Below are positions 51,401 through 63,400 of a stretch of DNA of 64,000 nucleotides, in pieces; position 1 is the stretch's first letter, and each line of letters begins with the position of its first letter. Origin of the DNA: Bugula neritina (taxonomy: Eukaryota > Animalia > Bryozoa); NCBI GenBank assembly GCA_964035545.1, contig OZ037768.1, positions 13,277,675 through 13,341,674 of the forward strand. Reading direction: 5' to 3'. The notes under the pieces were generated by a model. It did no database searches and was not told where the DNA came from. It saw nothing but the letters and a program-made list of their open reading frames with translations. The position numbers and the translations under genes are program-made.

Positions 51401-54400
51401 AATTGTTAATTGGTGAGGCAAGTGTTGGTCAATATTTAGGGCACAAACATATTGAACAAAGCAAAATATTATATACTGTAACATGCCTGGCAAAACCCAA
51501 TGACTTTGTTAGTAGTGCTGTCCAATAAAAAGCCATAATGATTTGCTGCAGCTATTTATCTAATGACCACCAAATTGAAGCAGATGTTGACTGAACTGAA
51601 TTTCTTGAGAGCTTTTTATATACATTTTATTAATTATTTTTAAAGTGTGAAATTCAGAAAAAGTGGAAATGTAATTAATTGAACTACTAAATCAAGCTCA
51701 AATTCGGGATGCATTTCAATTTCATGATTTATTTAGTTGCTGTTTATGCATATCATGTATTTTCCTCATAGTTTGAAGAAAACAGCTGTGCTTATTAGAA
51801 TCACCACCTTAGTAAATGATGTGTGGAAGGCTGGTAAGGCAAACCCAGCAGTGTCCTTGGCAGCAGTATCTGCCTTCAAGCCAAGTCACCAGTGTTTCGG
51901 GCCAAGTCAATAAACAGATTTTATTCATTACCACATGTTCACACGCCTTAATTTAGACCTCTCAGTTTTTTGTTCACGATGCTGATGAGATAGAAATGTG
52001 ACATGGCCTATGAAATCTTATGTAACTGAGTGAAAAGAAGTGATTATGGTCTTACTTTTATTTGTTGTATAATAGAGAGCGTTTAGTTGGCTGTGGATGT
52101 TTTTACATTATTTCTGATTTTTACTTTAATATTTCAGGAAGTAGTTTTGGCTTTTGCTGATTATCTCCACGAAAAGAAGCGGTTTGAAGAAGCGGGAGTG
52201 CTGTACTCGCAGGCCAGCTATCACGAGTGAGTTATTTCAAAGCTCAACCTGCTATTTTTATCGTAAACCTGGTGTTTATTAAAATGTCATTAAGATGTTG
52301 ATTACAGTGAACTCTATTCTCAAGTCAACCATAAAATTTGTGATTTGCTAAAGACTTGCGATGACATTTCTGGTGACCCAATGAATCTAAGCCTTCTGCA
52401 CCAGGCTCACAACAGAACCATGGCAAAATATTTTTGTCCCTTTTAAAATAGGCAATGTGTTGAAAGAGCTGGTTTGTGTTGAAACAGTAGTATGCAAAGT
52501 TGTATAAGGAAAATTCTTTGAGTTTGAAATTAATGTACAAATTGCATTTTAAAAACAAATTTTTAAATAGTGAATGCTGGTAATAATTAATCACTCTAGT
52601 AGATGTTACAACATAATATTATAAACATATATATTTAATATAAAATGTATTGAAAGTGTTAAAGATATGTTCACCAGAATAACAAATCACACTCAAGAGT
52701 GTAAATGACACAACTTCACAAAACCTTTGTTTTCTTACGATGTAGAATTTATTTTACAGCCAACAAGTTTCTTCTTAACCTGCTAAATATCAAAGACCTC
52801 TAATACTGCATGTGCTCAGTCTCAATGTCAATGATCTGAGCTAATTGTCACAGATGTGCCAGGAACATGCCAGGCTTTCCTTTGCCGATCTGTTACCTCC
52901 GTATCCATTTTTTATTTGTTATTTTAATTTTTTGTTGTAAAGTTTTTAAAACTCACAATGTCGATTCAAGTACAGGCATTATGTTTACATTCATGGTCTT
53001 TTTGATTGGCAAACTTAACTCCAATCTGCATTTCGGCACAGCGCCTGGCAATTCTTGGCCCACGCAGCAGCGACTCTTGTATTTCTAATAATACAATTCA
53101 CAATGTTTCTTAGGATGGCAGTTTCGTGTTTTACTGAGAGTGGTAGCTGGCAACAGGCTATCATTTCTATACAGAAGTTGTCTCTGTCTAGCAGCAAAAG
53201 ACTAGATTTAATTCAAAAGTTATCAGGTACTATAATTACTCAAAGCATTATTATGTTAGCTTGTGTAGAAATGAACTACTAAATATGGGTAGAGAGACTA
53301 CAACATTATTGAGTTCCTCTCAAATGGTTGGGAAATAGTAGTAATATATAAAGTGTGAAAGTTTTATCACCATATCTAATCTTGAAATAAATTATTATTA
53401 ATTTTTTTGCTAATTTTATTCCAATCTGATGGTAAACCAAGTTTCAACAATTTACCAACTCAAATTTGTATGGTTTTATTATAATTATAAATCATTTATT
53501 TTACGAGCACAATTTCATTAATCTTTTAGTGCAGTTTTATCATAAAGCCTTAATTATTTTATTGCAAAATTTTATGGAACAAGATTACAAACATCAAAAT
53601 TCTGAATGCTTTTTGTGAAGCTGACTCATCTATATGTAGATGATGTAAAGCCAAAATGTGTGATGAGAGCTTATCATCTAAAAAAGAGTTTTTCGATGTT
53701 TCATTATATGGATTATGGGGGGCCCATAGATGATTCTTGTTTTCAAAAACAGTGATGAGACATTGTTTGTACTTCCTCCCTAGTATTGTCTATTTCCTGC
53801 TTTGTAAATTTTATTCTTTGTCATAGATGCCCTACTGTTTTAATCACTTGGTGGTAAGGACATTAGGGTGTATTACCATCAGTATTGCTGCTGCCAATAT
53901 TTGGTTCAGACAGATCAAAGTGATGGCTCACTCAACTTATGCCTAGTTATATTGTCGCCCACAGTTAATGGTGGATAACCCTTGCAATCAACAGGGCAAA
54001 AGTCACATAGTGGGTCTTTGTACCAGATGTTGCAATTTAAAGTGCATCTAGGGAATTAAATTTAGTAAAATAATGGAAGTTCATAAACAAGTCAAACAAT
54101 GTACGTGCCAAATATGTGCTATATGACAAGCTACATTAGTAATCGAATTCCTCTTCTTAAGGAAAACTGGATTAGGATATGTGACCTACTCTTTGGTCCT
54201 TGTTTTGGCAAATCTCAATCTTTCTCATGTTTTTGTTAGGTAGAATTTTTACGAAATTCTCCTGGGAACCATAGCTATTGTTTTGTTTACCATAGATTTT
54301 AGTCAACAAACCCTCGTAAGCCACCGTTAACCTTGAGTGATACCTTTACATAATTATTATTGAGAAGTATGCTAATGGCAAACCTACATTCTCTTGCAAT

Positions 54401-56038
54401 CAACCATTTTGGTTCCACTTTTATTGTTGTAAAACATAAATTTGGTGTCAAAATGTGCTTTGTCCACTTGAAGAAAAACTGAAACTGATGAGAAAGTATA
54501 TGGACTCGGCCACATTGTTAGAGGTATATGCTGAGCAGCCGGAGGAGGCAATTACCACCCTCATAGAGGGTCATCTTTGGGAAGATGCACTGAGGCTAGT
54601 AAGTAACTATTGTGTTGGGTAGACAGGAGGCATGTATTAATAATGATAAACATACTAATTTATTTAGCAAACAACTTTATGCAAGGAATTGTGTTGCAAC
54701 TTTCAATTGTGTTTTAAATTATATTTTGTATTGTAGTTTGTGGATTATTAATAAGTAATAATCTAAACCAACTTGTTTGACCATTTAAGACCAGTGTTGT
54801 ATAATATTATCAATTTGAATGCTTTCTCTTTAAAAAAGCAAATCTTTGTTCAAAATATCATTAGTGTAATTGTGCAATAGATTATTATGTAGACCTATTC
54901 TACAAAATAATGATGTGGCACCTTAGTGCAAATATTACTCAACCTCTATTAATTATCATGAAAAGTTCAAGTTGCATACACCCATGAAATTCAGCAGCCA
55001 TCTTGAGGATTTTCAATTGTAATTTGGACAGTTTATTTATGACATATTAGCTTTTTGAACTAAGCATGTGATTATTTTTGGCTGACTTAAAATATTATTA
55101 TTATTTGACAATTGGAACTCTTTGGTAGTATTTTAGTTCAGTTGGAATAAAATATGAATGAACTAGTGAATTTTAGATAGCTGCTAAGTCAATTTGATGT
55201 AGTGATTTCTTTAGGGTCAAATCTCTCTCAACAAATCTAGATATTTGTAATAGTATAAGCACTGTAACACTTGAAGGCCAGTGTTGTTTGTTCCCCTGGT
55301 GACCTGTTGCTTAAAATTTCCCTGAAACTCTGAATAGTTGTGAGATTCTGTGATGAAATAAAAATTATGGAACTGTTACAATTACTACTGGCTGTTGTCA
55401 TAAGGCTTGGCTGCAATAAGTTGTTGACACTATAAATAACATATATACAACTCGTAATTATTTTGCTAATAGTAATAAAAATGCTAAAATTAGATCTTAA
55501 TCTGCCCTTTTCGCTGGATAAGTAGCAATTAACATTCCAATTGACATATTTCACTGTATTTACTACTACTTAATAATAATCGTGACGTTTGCAAGCGTGC
55601 AGTCAGCTTTCACCTTGTCACCTGCTATGATTTGTACTAAAATCCCAAAGCAATATTTTACTATAAGCATATTTTGTTGTAGCCTTTCTGGTTTTTTGGA
55701 GCTTGAAAGTTTAAAACATTTTATATTGAGTTTCTCATATAGTGTATGATAATATAAAGTATATCATAGTATAAAGTATATGATAGTGTAAAGTATATCA
55801 TAGTATAAAGTATATCATAATATAAAGTATTCTACATTCTGCAAGTGGCTGATGTATGTAATGTAGATTGAGAGATATGACAGAGCTGATTTTATTGAGA
55901 CAGACTGGAAACCTGCTGTAGAGGAATGCCGGCAGCAGTTACTTTCAGACATATCTGGTGACCTCACAGATTTGCTGTCGCACAAGGAAAGATTCCTGGT
56001 TGTTCTGCAGACAAACAAATCAAAAGCTGATCTCATCG
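27414..56038 (+). CDS. ELP1: Elongator complex protein 1 (IKAP/IKBKAP), multi-exon, 3'-partial
   Basis: 25 in-frame GT-AG exons: 27414-27569, 28503-28655, 28986-29172, 31066-31198, 31643-31786, 32134-32257, 32401-32479, 33681-33902, 34239-34412, 35063-35168, 36683-36832, 37878-37978, 38847-38935, 39802-39958, 41236-41425, 42962-43120, 45542-45685, 46203-46288, 47335-47462, 48955-49078, 50534-50631, 52138-52226, 53114-53226, 54474-54598, 55867-56038. Signature motifs: [119 protein letters not shown]. Confidence 0.97.
29256..31019 (-). mobile_element. Full-length decayed Tc1 (DD34E) DNA transposon in an ELP1 intron
   Basis: ~27-bp TIRs CAGTGCTGTGAAAAAGTTTAAG(G/A)ACGC. TA on both sides (29254-55, 31020-21). 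Internal transposase on the minus strand. Confidence 0.95.
29602..30621 (-). pseudogene. Tc1 transposase pseudogene
   Basis: HTH region ([16 protein letters not shown]...GRPK..TPRDD), [27 protein letters not shown](N)KLW, ESMP...KGWPTKY. Frameshifts and stops present. The catalytic E, 34 residues after the second D, reads N. Confidence 0.92.
32940..33387 (-). mobile_element. 5'-truncated RTE-clade LINE with inverted 5' segment
   Basis: Minus-strand peptide [21 protein letters not shown]....L....[10 protein letters not shown] is the typical RTE ORF C-terminus, followed by a very short 3' tail. 11-bp direct repeat ctctgcccttt at 32929-32939 and 33388-33398. Confidence 0.88.
41895..41990 (+). 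mobile_element. Degenerate tRNA-like SINE head
   Basis: A-box-like agttggttggtgcg and B-box-like gggttcaagtcc at tRNA spacing. No intact cloverleaf. Confidence 0.35.
43325..43555 (-). mobile_element. Coding-like relic, possibly Penelope-like retroelement RT/GIY-YIG linker
   Basis: Stop-free minus frame [55 protein letters not shown]... The LILPY.G..GE-like motif recalls Penelope elements. Recognition is weak. Confidence 0.3.
45272..45482. mobile_element. Tc1/mariner (pogo/Tigger-like) MITE
   Basis: 22-bp imperfect TIRs (cagtgctccttctatatctcac / reverse complement cagtgctccctccgtatctcac), TA on both flanks. Confidence 0.85.
47505..47610. mobile_element. hAT (Charlie-like) terminal fragment
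   Basis: ccggggtgtccaaccttttc...ggccac resembles the CAGGGGTGTCCAACCT hAT terminus with repeated ggccac subterminal motifs. The other end was not found. Confidence 0.5.
47793..48000 (-). mobile_element. tRNA-derived SINE
   Basis: Minus strand: A-box tggtctaggggttag, B-box gagttcgaatccc, then ggaagagcatccagtcataattgctcctgtg. Possible TSD ttgaaata (47785-47792, 48001-48008). Confidence 0.75.
49544..49770. mobile_element. Short inverted-repeat element (probable inner part of a MITE)
   Basis: gggtcataattgatccagtg at 49544 pairs with cactgggtcaattatgactc at 49751. Confidence 0.5.
49840..50017 (-). mobile_element. Second copy of the same SINE family, with the B-box region deleted
   Basis: Shares acaggagcaattatga.tgg.tgctctt..t.acatcacc and gctcta.cc.ctagacca with 47880-47990. 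Flanked by direct repeats ctcaagatgaaact / ctcaaaatgaaact. Confidence 0.7.
55738..55830. repeat. 17-bp minisatellite (tagtataaagtatatca) x ~5
   Basis: Seen directly, ~40 bp upstream of the ELP1 acceptor at 55866. Confidence 0.85.
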
Positions 56039-56478
56039 GTAAATGCTTGGTGTTTGTAGATAATGACTGAGTAGAGACCGATATATTGTATTATATTATG
56101 TTATATTATATTCTATTATTCTATTTCATGAAGCTGTGAAATAGGTAAGCTTGCCAACTACAGTCCCTCTACCATAAACCAAAATAATCAGCCAGTGGGT
56201 GTCCCCTCATTCGCCACATGTACCTCTTCCTTTGATGATCAAACATTGATCATGCAGTAATCATCAACAGGTGTGAAAACCCATTAACTTGTTTCAAGGA
56301 AAGTTGTCATCCTGCTCGTTGGGTAGTTTCTTAATTTTCTCCAAAAATGTGTCATATTTAATTTTCAATTTTTTGCTTTGATATAGAAAATGTTTTATAA
56401 TAATCATTTTCAAACATGAAGGATTCTGGTAGGGAATTGTCTGTGATGGTAGCACCAGGTATAAACATTCAATCTAAT

Positions 56479-59346
56479 AGAGGGGTTTCAGACATCCCTC
56501 CGGAGGAATTTGTATTTTAAAGTTGTCTCCCCCTACAGGTATTAGGGGCAGTCTCAATGATATATAGAAGGCCCATAAAATAAGTAGAGATGTATGGTTT
56601 GAGTGAAGACTACTACTAGTACAAGTTTCATTTTTTCTGAGATTAATATTTTGGCATAGGTACACATATGAGCAGTTTCAGAAATTTTTTAAAAAATTTT
56701 GTTAATGATAAATGGCACAAAAAGAAAACTTCAAAGCATATTTGTGGTTTTGGTTATTGAGCAAATCTGAAGCTGGCAGCTGTCATTATTATTTGCTTTG
56801 CTGACTGTAACCAGTCTGGTTAGAGCTGCTAACCTTTCAACTCTTAGAACAATAATAACATGCTCGTACACTATATAGCTGCACTAGTGGGCTCTGTCTT
56901 ACTGAACTCCAAATGCTCCAAATTATGGGTTGGAACACATGCCTGTACGTTTATGAAGGCACTGGCTCATTTGTATTAACATGTTCACGTACTTACACAC
57001 CTATACTATGAAAATAACTAAGCCACCCTACTATCTAATATTTCTATATATCAAAAAAATTATTATAAATATAAAGATATGTATTAAAATAGATAGATTA
57101 AGTTTGTAATTTCAAACAACATCTTATCTAAAAATTTCAAACACTGTATAGCTATATATATGTTTTAAAAGCATTTGTTTACATGGCATGCATGCAAGTC
57201 AATGAAAATATTTAGAGAACAGTAAAAAAAAGCATATAAATTTCAGAATAGTTTCTTCTTTTCTGAGATGAATATTTTGGAAATGTCCCACCATTCAACA
57301 TTTAAATTAAGTCTGTAAAAAAAAATTTCACAGTGTATTTTCAATAAATAACTATTCTTGCAAGCTGTTTGTATACCAACATTCCTAATAAAAAAATGTT
57401 TTTGTAGCATTGTAAATTGTATACTGCTGCATTGCAGAAAAAAAATCATCAAAAAAAAGCACTTTTCAGCCAAAGCAACTTATTTTGTTTTCAAAAAAAA
57501 AGTTGAAATGTACATTTAGTACCAGCTGTAAAGTATAGAAAGAACGAACTATGTCATAATGACTGCATTCTCATGATACTAATGAAATTAAGATTGGCTT
57601 TACTCCATACGGGTCTTGCTCAAAGGTGGAGTTCTAAATAATGCTACTAAGTTTCACTAAATTTCCAGATAATACTTTTTATATCAAATCATTTGGCTTT
57701 ACTGATTTAGCTATATTATGTACATTTTGTACTTATTTATCTCTAGGTCATTTTTCAGCCATATATTTGACCGCATTGCTATACTTCCTTTGTGCCAGCA
57801 TTCTCTCCTTTATATCTTTTTTGTGGTTTCTAATAATTTTCAGTGGTATGTCACTGTATGTAAACTATGTGAACCATCAGGCTATCTCTTATACAATGCA
57901 TGCTGCTATAAGAATAACAGCAGCTGTTTTGTATTCAATCAACCTCGTTGCAAGAATTTTGTTTGCTTGAAGCTCTCTGTTGAGTAGCTGTCTCTCTATA
58001 TTACATAACTGCTTATTCAAGAAAGTGCACGATGAGAACTGTCCAACTTTAGCTGTCTAACTTAAATTACATTATATAGGATTACATCACTACATAATAA
58101 GCTGATTAAACAACACATATAAATCGGCCAAAAACACCACACACTTGACTAGCTCTAGTTTGACTCATTTATATTTTGAGTTTTTCACATTACTTGAACA
58201 TGCTTTACCCAATTTGTTGCATTATTTTTCATCCATTCATGTAATACAAAGATTTAGTATATTATTTTTTAGGTTTGGATTGTCTAATAGGCAGGTATCG
58301 CAGATATTTAATCAGACTGTGAAGTTGCTTAGAGAAGCTCTAAATCCAATGATAGTATTTTATCAACACAAGGAGGTTAATAAAACAATTCCACCTCAAT
58401 GAACTTTGACCTAGTTAACTAGACCACTGTAAAATGGCATGTCAGAACAAACACAAACCAGCTTGCAAGAATAATTATTCATTGAAAATACACTGTGAAA
58501 AATTCTTTTACAGACTTAATTTAAATGTTGAATTGTGGGACATTTCCAAAATATTCATTTCAGAAAAGAAGAAACTATTCTGAAATTCATATGCTTTTTT
58601 TACTGTTCTTTAAATATTTTCATTGACTTGCAGGCATGCCATGTAAACAAATGCTTTTAAAAAATATATATAGCTATACAGTGTTTGAAATTTTTAGATA
58701 AGATGTTGTTTGAAATTACAAACTTAATCTATCTATTTTAATACATATCTTTATATTTATAATAATTTTTTTGATATATAGAAATATTAGATAGTAGGGT
58801 GGCTTAGTTATTTTCATAGTATAGGTGTGTAAGTATGTGAACATGTTAATACAAATGAGCCAGTGCCTTCATAAACGTACAGGCATGTGTTCCAACCCAT
58901 AATTTGGAGCATTTGGAGTTCAGTAAGACAGAGCCCACTAGTGCAGCTATATAGTGTACGAGCATGTTATTATTGTTCTAAGAGTTGAAAGGTTAGCAGC
59001 TCTAACCAGACTGGTTACAGTCAGCAAAGCAAATAATAATGACAGCTGCCAGCTTCAGATTTGCTCAATAACCAAAACCACAAATATGCTTTGAAGTTTT
59101 CTTTTTGTGCCATTTATCATTAACAAAATTTTTTAAAAAATTTCTGAAACTGCTCATATGTGTACCTATGCCAAAATATTAATCTCAGAAAAAATGAAAC
59201 TTGTACTAGTAGTAGTCTTCACTCAAACCATACATCTCTACTTATTTTATGGGCCTTCTATATATCATTGAGACTGCCCCTAATACCTGTAGGGGGAGAC
59301 AACTTTAAAATACAAATTCCTCCGGAGGGATGTCTGAAACCCCTCT
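56479..59346. mobile_element. Fold-back non-autonomous DNA transposon with ~890-bp TIRs; probable PIF/Harbinger-ISL2EU superfamily
   Basis: 56479-~57372 is the reverse complement of ~58453-59346. Termini AGAGGGGTTTCAGACATCCC, with AT on both flanks (TA is an alternative reading). The spacer holds RFGLSNRQVSQIFNQTVKLLREALNPMIVFYQHKEVNKTIPPQ (58270-58400), resembling the HTH segment preceding DDE_Tnp_4 domains. Confidence 0.85.
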
Positions 59347-60295
59347 ATTGAAAAATCCTACCTAAGCTAGAGTTTTACCTCATAGCACAAGCAGTGTTGA
59401 AAAACTGCTATGAATACAAATTTTAGTATTTGAGGTCAACTTGATGGTTGTGGAAAGCTTTCTATAAGATTTTATCTCTTGCCTAATTATAAAAGTCAAC
59501 ATTTGTCTGCTGCGTACAACAGCTGAAGTATAGTAACTTTGAGTTGGCAACTTGGAGATATAAATTGTATAGTCAGTATCACCTGGTCTTCAAATTAAAG
59601 GTAAATGCAAATTGAACAATTCTGGGGACTATTAATGTTGATATTAAACTGCACGTATGTCAAAAGGTAATGGATGCTCATGCGATCAGGAAACTAAAAA
59701 CATTCAGTTGATGGAAAAGGCAGTTTACACGAATGTAAATCATTCAACTTGTTAAAATTATAGACTTTTTACAGCAGTTTGTGTTTTATAGCCACTGGTT
59801 GAATGGCTGCTACTAATGGACTTGATAGTTTTTGAATTTTTATGTTTGTAAATAATTTAATAAAATGGTTTACATTTATCTCACTTATAATAGAGGCTTA
59901 ACAATATTAAATTAAAACGGAAATTAACTTCATTGCTTTTGTATAACATTTCACAATACAAGTAGCATTAAAATGTAATTATGTTGGTCATAAATTATCA
60001 AGCTTTTGATTAATCACAACTACAATCGGATACACATTTACACAATAATTGAATTTCGTACAAATTATCTATTTGTGTGCATTTCTGACCACCCAAGCAG
60101 TATATTGCCAGATAAAACACTGATTATTATTGTTGAATTACTGAAAGGTAAAAATAATGCTAGACACTTGCGACTTGGCATTAACTTTGTTGGCAAAAAT
60201 GCTTGCTTGGAGTTGAGTTTTAGCAACAGGCTCACAACCCTGTTTTTGGTTATCAAAATCTCTAAAAAGTTGCTTAATACTTGAAAAATTTCCTT

Positions 60296-60420
60296 CAAGC
60301 ACAAAATGTGATCAGCTCATCAAGGTTGTCAGGAGAAAATGTTCGTCTTTCCTCCTTGAGAATTTCATAATCACTCTCTTTTGGAAAATATACAAGTCCC
60401 CACACGTGTGATTTTAGCCA
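60296..60420 (-). mobile_element. hAT transposase C-terminal (dimerisation) relic
   Basis: Minus strand ..IFS../YEILKEERRTFSPDNLDELITFCA* resembles the ERxFS.Y..IL...RR.F..ENL tail of hAT transposases. Frameshifted. Confidence 0.45.
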
Positions 60421-63400
60421 AAGAAGATTTGTGGTAATTCTTGCACAATATTATTTTGCCACAGCACTACCCTCTATGCAAAAGAAATGATTATACAGAT
60501 AAGTGCCACTTTGTTCTTTCCCTGCCACCTCTGCAAACTATAATAGCATGAAATAATAATTTTTCACTCATTTGGACTGTAGGTGTGCAAGTAATTTATG
60601 TCTGATGTGAATCACAAACATACTAATTATAGCTAAAATTTGTTATTAATCAGGTATTTGTTAATACACTTACGTCTGTGTGTATGCATATGATATTCAA
60701 CTGTTTTTATATCTCAATTAATTATTTCAATAACTAAAATCATAGCCAGTCTAATGCCCAATTGTACTATAATATATAGAATCATAGCTCTATTATAGTA
60801 TTTACCACTGTGTTGGCCTAAACTGAAAAATTTTATTTTTAAACTGGATCTTAGTATTACTAATAGTACTAATACTTGAATTATGTGAACTTAGTCAGTT
60901 TTATGAGTTAGAAGATGACTTAGTCATCTATTCGGATTGTGTGGAGAAACAGACTTTGCTAAAGCGTATTAGTTGTAACCTGCTCTTCTCTAAAAAAACT
61001 GAGTTCCTTTTTGTGTCTTTTTTTCTCTTATTGCTTCTAATATGTGTGTCAGTAATCAATGAACTTCAATTATTAATTAGTAAACCCTTTCTAAAAGCTG
61101 AAGCATTTCAAAATAATTTAAAACTATGAATTAAGTTGATTGGTCGGATACTCATAGACTAATTATGATGGACAAGTCTTACATACTAATACGTCTTCTC
61201 TTCCTCCTGGATATTTGAGTCGAAAAAATCAATAGTTCAAATTCTAACTCTGTTGAGTAAAGGTAACACTCTGGTAATTGAGTAGCCGCTACCATTTTAG
61301 TTGAAAAAAGACCTTTCTGGTGACATCAAAGAAAATAAATTGGTTAATAGCATGAACCAACTCCTTTTACCACTCTTTCTCAGCTGTGTATCGTAGGTAA
61401 ACTGGTATAATGTCATGCTTGCTTAATCTGGATTAAAGAAAAAATATCTCATTTTGTGTCAACATTACGGTGCTAATATTTGAAAGTCGCCAAATCAGTA
61501 ATAAGCTCAACTCAGTTCTGGGTACTTTCATATTTTGTTGTCAAACGAGTAAATTAATGTGCTTCCTCCACAATCTATTTCTGAAGAGCTTTGCTCTCTA
61601 GACTGTATTTATTGGCACAGCAATATAAATAAAATAGACTTAACAGTTATATAAATGGCAGAAATGTTCATTTTTAAATGTTGGAAGTTTGAAGAGATAA
61701 CATAAAATATATTTAGAGAGTTTGTTGAAATAACTGTTGCATAGCTAGTCGGTGTCACTCTCACCCTATCTCAACCAACTTTAAACCTAAAGATGATGAG
61801 TAATCTTCCTGATGTTATAATTTTGATTGATGGCATACTTTTAGGATATCATATTACTAATATTTCCAAAGGCATATACATAATATACTCATTGCATTGT
61901 TAGTGCATAAAACAATAAAGCTAATGGTCGAACAGTGAACAGAGATATGCACTTGAGGTTTTTATTTTCCCACATAACTAATACCTATTTACAAGTCACT
62001 AGATAGATGGTGAAAATGTGCTACTAAATTCCTGATTGGTCAAGAATTTGATTGCATATATGCCTATATAACTCTTAATAGGTTAATAATTATTCAAAAT
62101 AGTAACAAATTCAACTTTCAATATTATAGACCGGTTTCCAGTCTAACAGATTTAAGCCACTTATGTCGGAACAATCTAATTTTAAACTATGCACCGGCCA
62201 ATAAGTGTATATTCTACAAATATTAAGTCTTTAACTGCATTGGGCTCATTTTTTTACAAGTATCAATTTGAGCATTCGTTTGATTTTTTAATTAATTCCA
62301 CTGTTATTCACACTGTACTTTTTCACTCCATACTTATCTACTAGCAACTCCATTTCTCTCCGTCGTTAGTTTATACTTTAGCCATTAAGCTGTAGGCCCT
62401 ACCCATAAAGTTCGTGAGTACTTTAGCTAGTAAGTGTAGCTTCACAGGTTGTGTAACAGAGGGCTTTCAAATCTACCCCCTCTTTAGAAAGTGGAAACAT
62501 AGCACCATGGCCTAAACCTTTTAAAGAAGAACTTTGGCTATTGTAATGCTCTGATTGATATAGCTATCGCCCATGTTAACGGTGTTGTAGGTATATTTTG
62601 AGGTTTATAATGTTTATATTTTCAGTGTAGAATATATATAGCATCTGTACATTAAAGTATGACAAATAGGGTGCAAGTGAAACATGGTTATGCAAATTAA
62701 TAAATTTTTGTCAAATCAACTTTGGAGATAAAATGTAACAAGGTTATTTATTTATCATCACTAACTGTTTTCATGCTTTATCAGCAGGGTAATGACTTGA
62801 GAGTAGTAAAATATTGCTAGCATCTAGCTTTATCTCTGTTTCAGCCAATCAAATTTATTAAAATTTAATTTGTAATGAAGTTCCTCATGATTTTATACCT
62901 AATTTGTATATTTTGCAAATTCATCATTTCGAATTCATTTAGATATGCTGCATCCAATAAGATCGTTGGGTTTATTTTTTAGCAAAGGTGATCTAGCAAT
63001 TAGTTAATGAGTAAAGTTTGATTTTTTGTATGTGAATATTGTTGGCAGGTTTCACCACTGCAGGTCATTATGAGCTCCGCAAAATCAAAGATGTGGATGG
63101 AATTTTTTACTTGTTAAAAGAAATCTGAAATTAAAATAATGCTGTCTAAACTCTTTAAAGTTGTGTACTTTTATTTTTCAATCGAATGCTAGCCATATGT
63201 TTTTTTATTTCTTATATTTCTAAACTTCAAAGTAAAAGAAACACAAAACCCTTGGATATAAAAACATAAGATTGGCTTTCATGAGATATCTGTTTATTAG
63301 AAATCAGGGCTATAGTTTCTACGTAATTGGCATTTTAATCTAGGTTATGGCTGACGTTAGCAGAAATACCTGCTTCAATCTGGTTGTTGGTATTTCTTCT

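Noticed and set aside
279-56038. U12-type or non-canonical introns; intronic C/D snoRNAs
   Set aside because: All assembled junctions are GT-AG without the RTATCCT donor; no convincing RTGATGA...CTGA unit with terminal stem was seen.
56474-59351. Two identical 63-aa ORFs (56474..56665 -, 59160..59351 +) as duplicated genes
   Set aside because: They are mirror images from the transposon's inverted arms, with no protein-like features.
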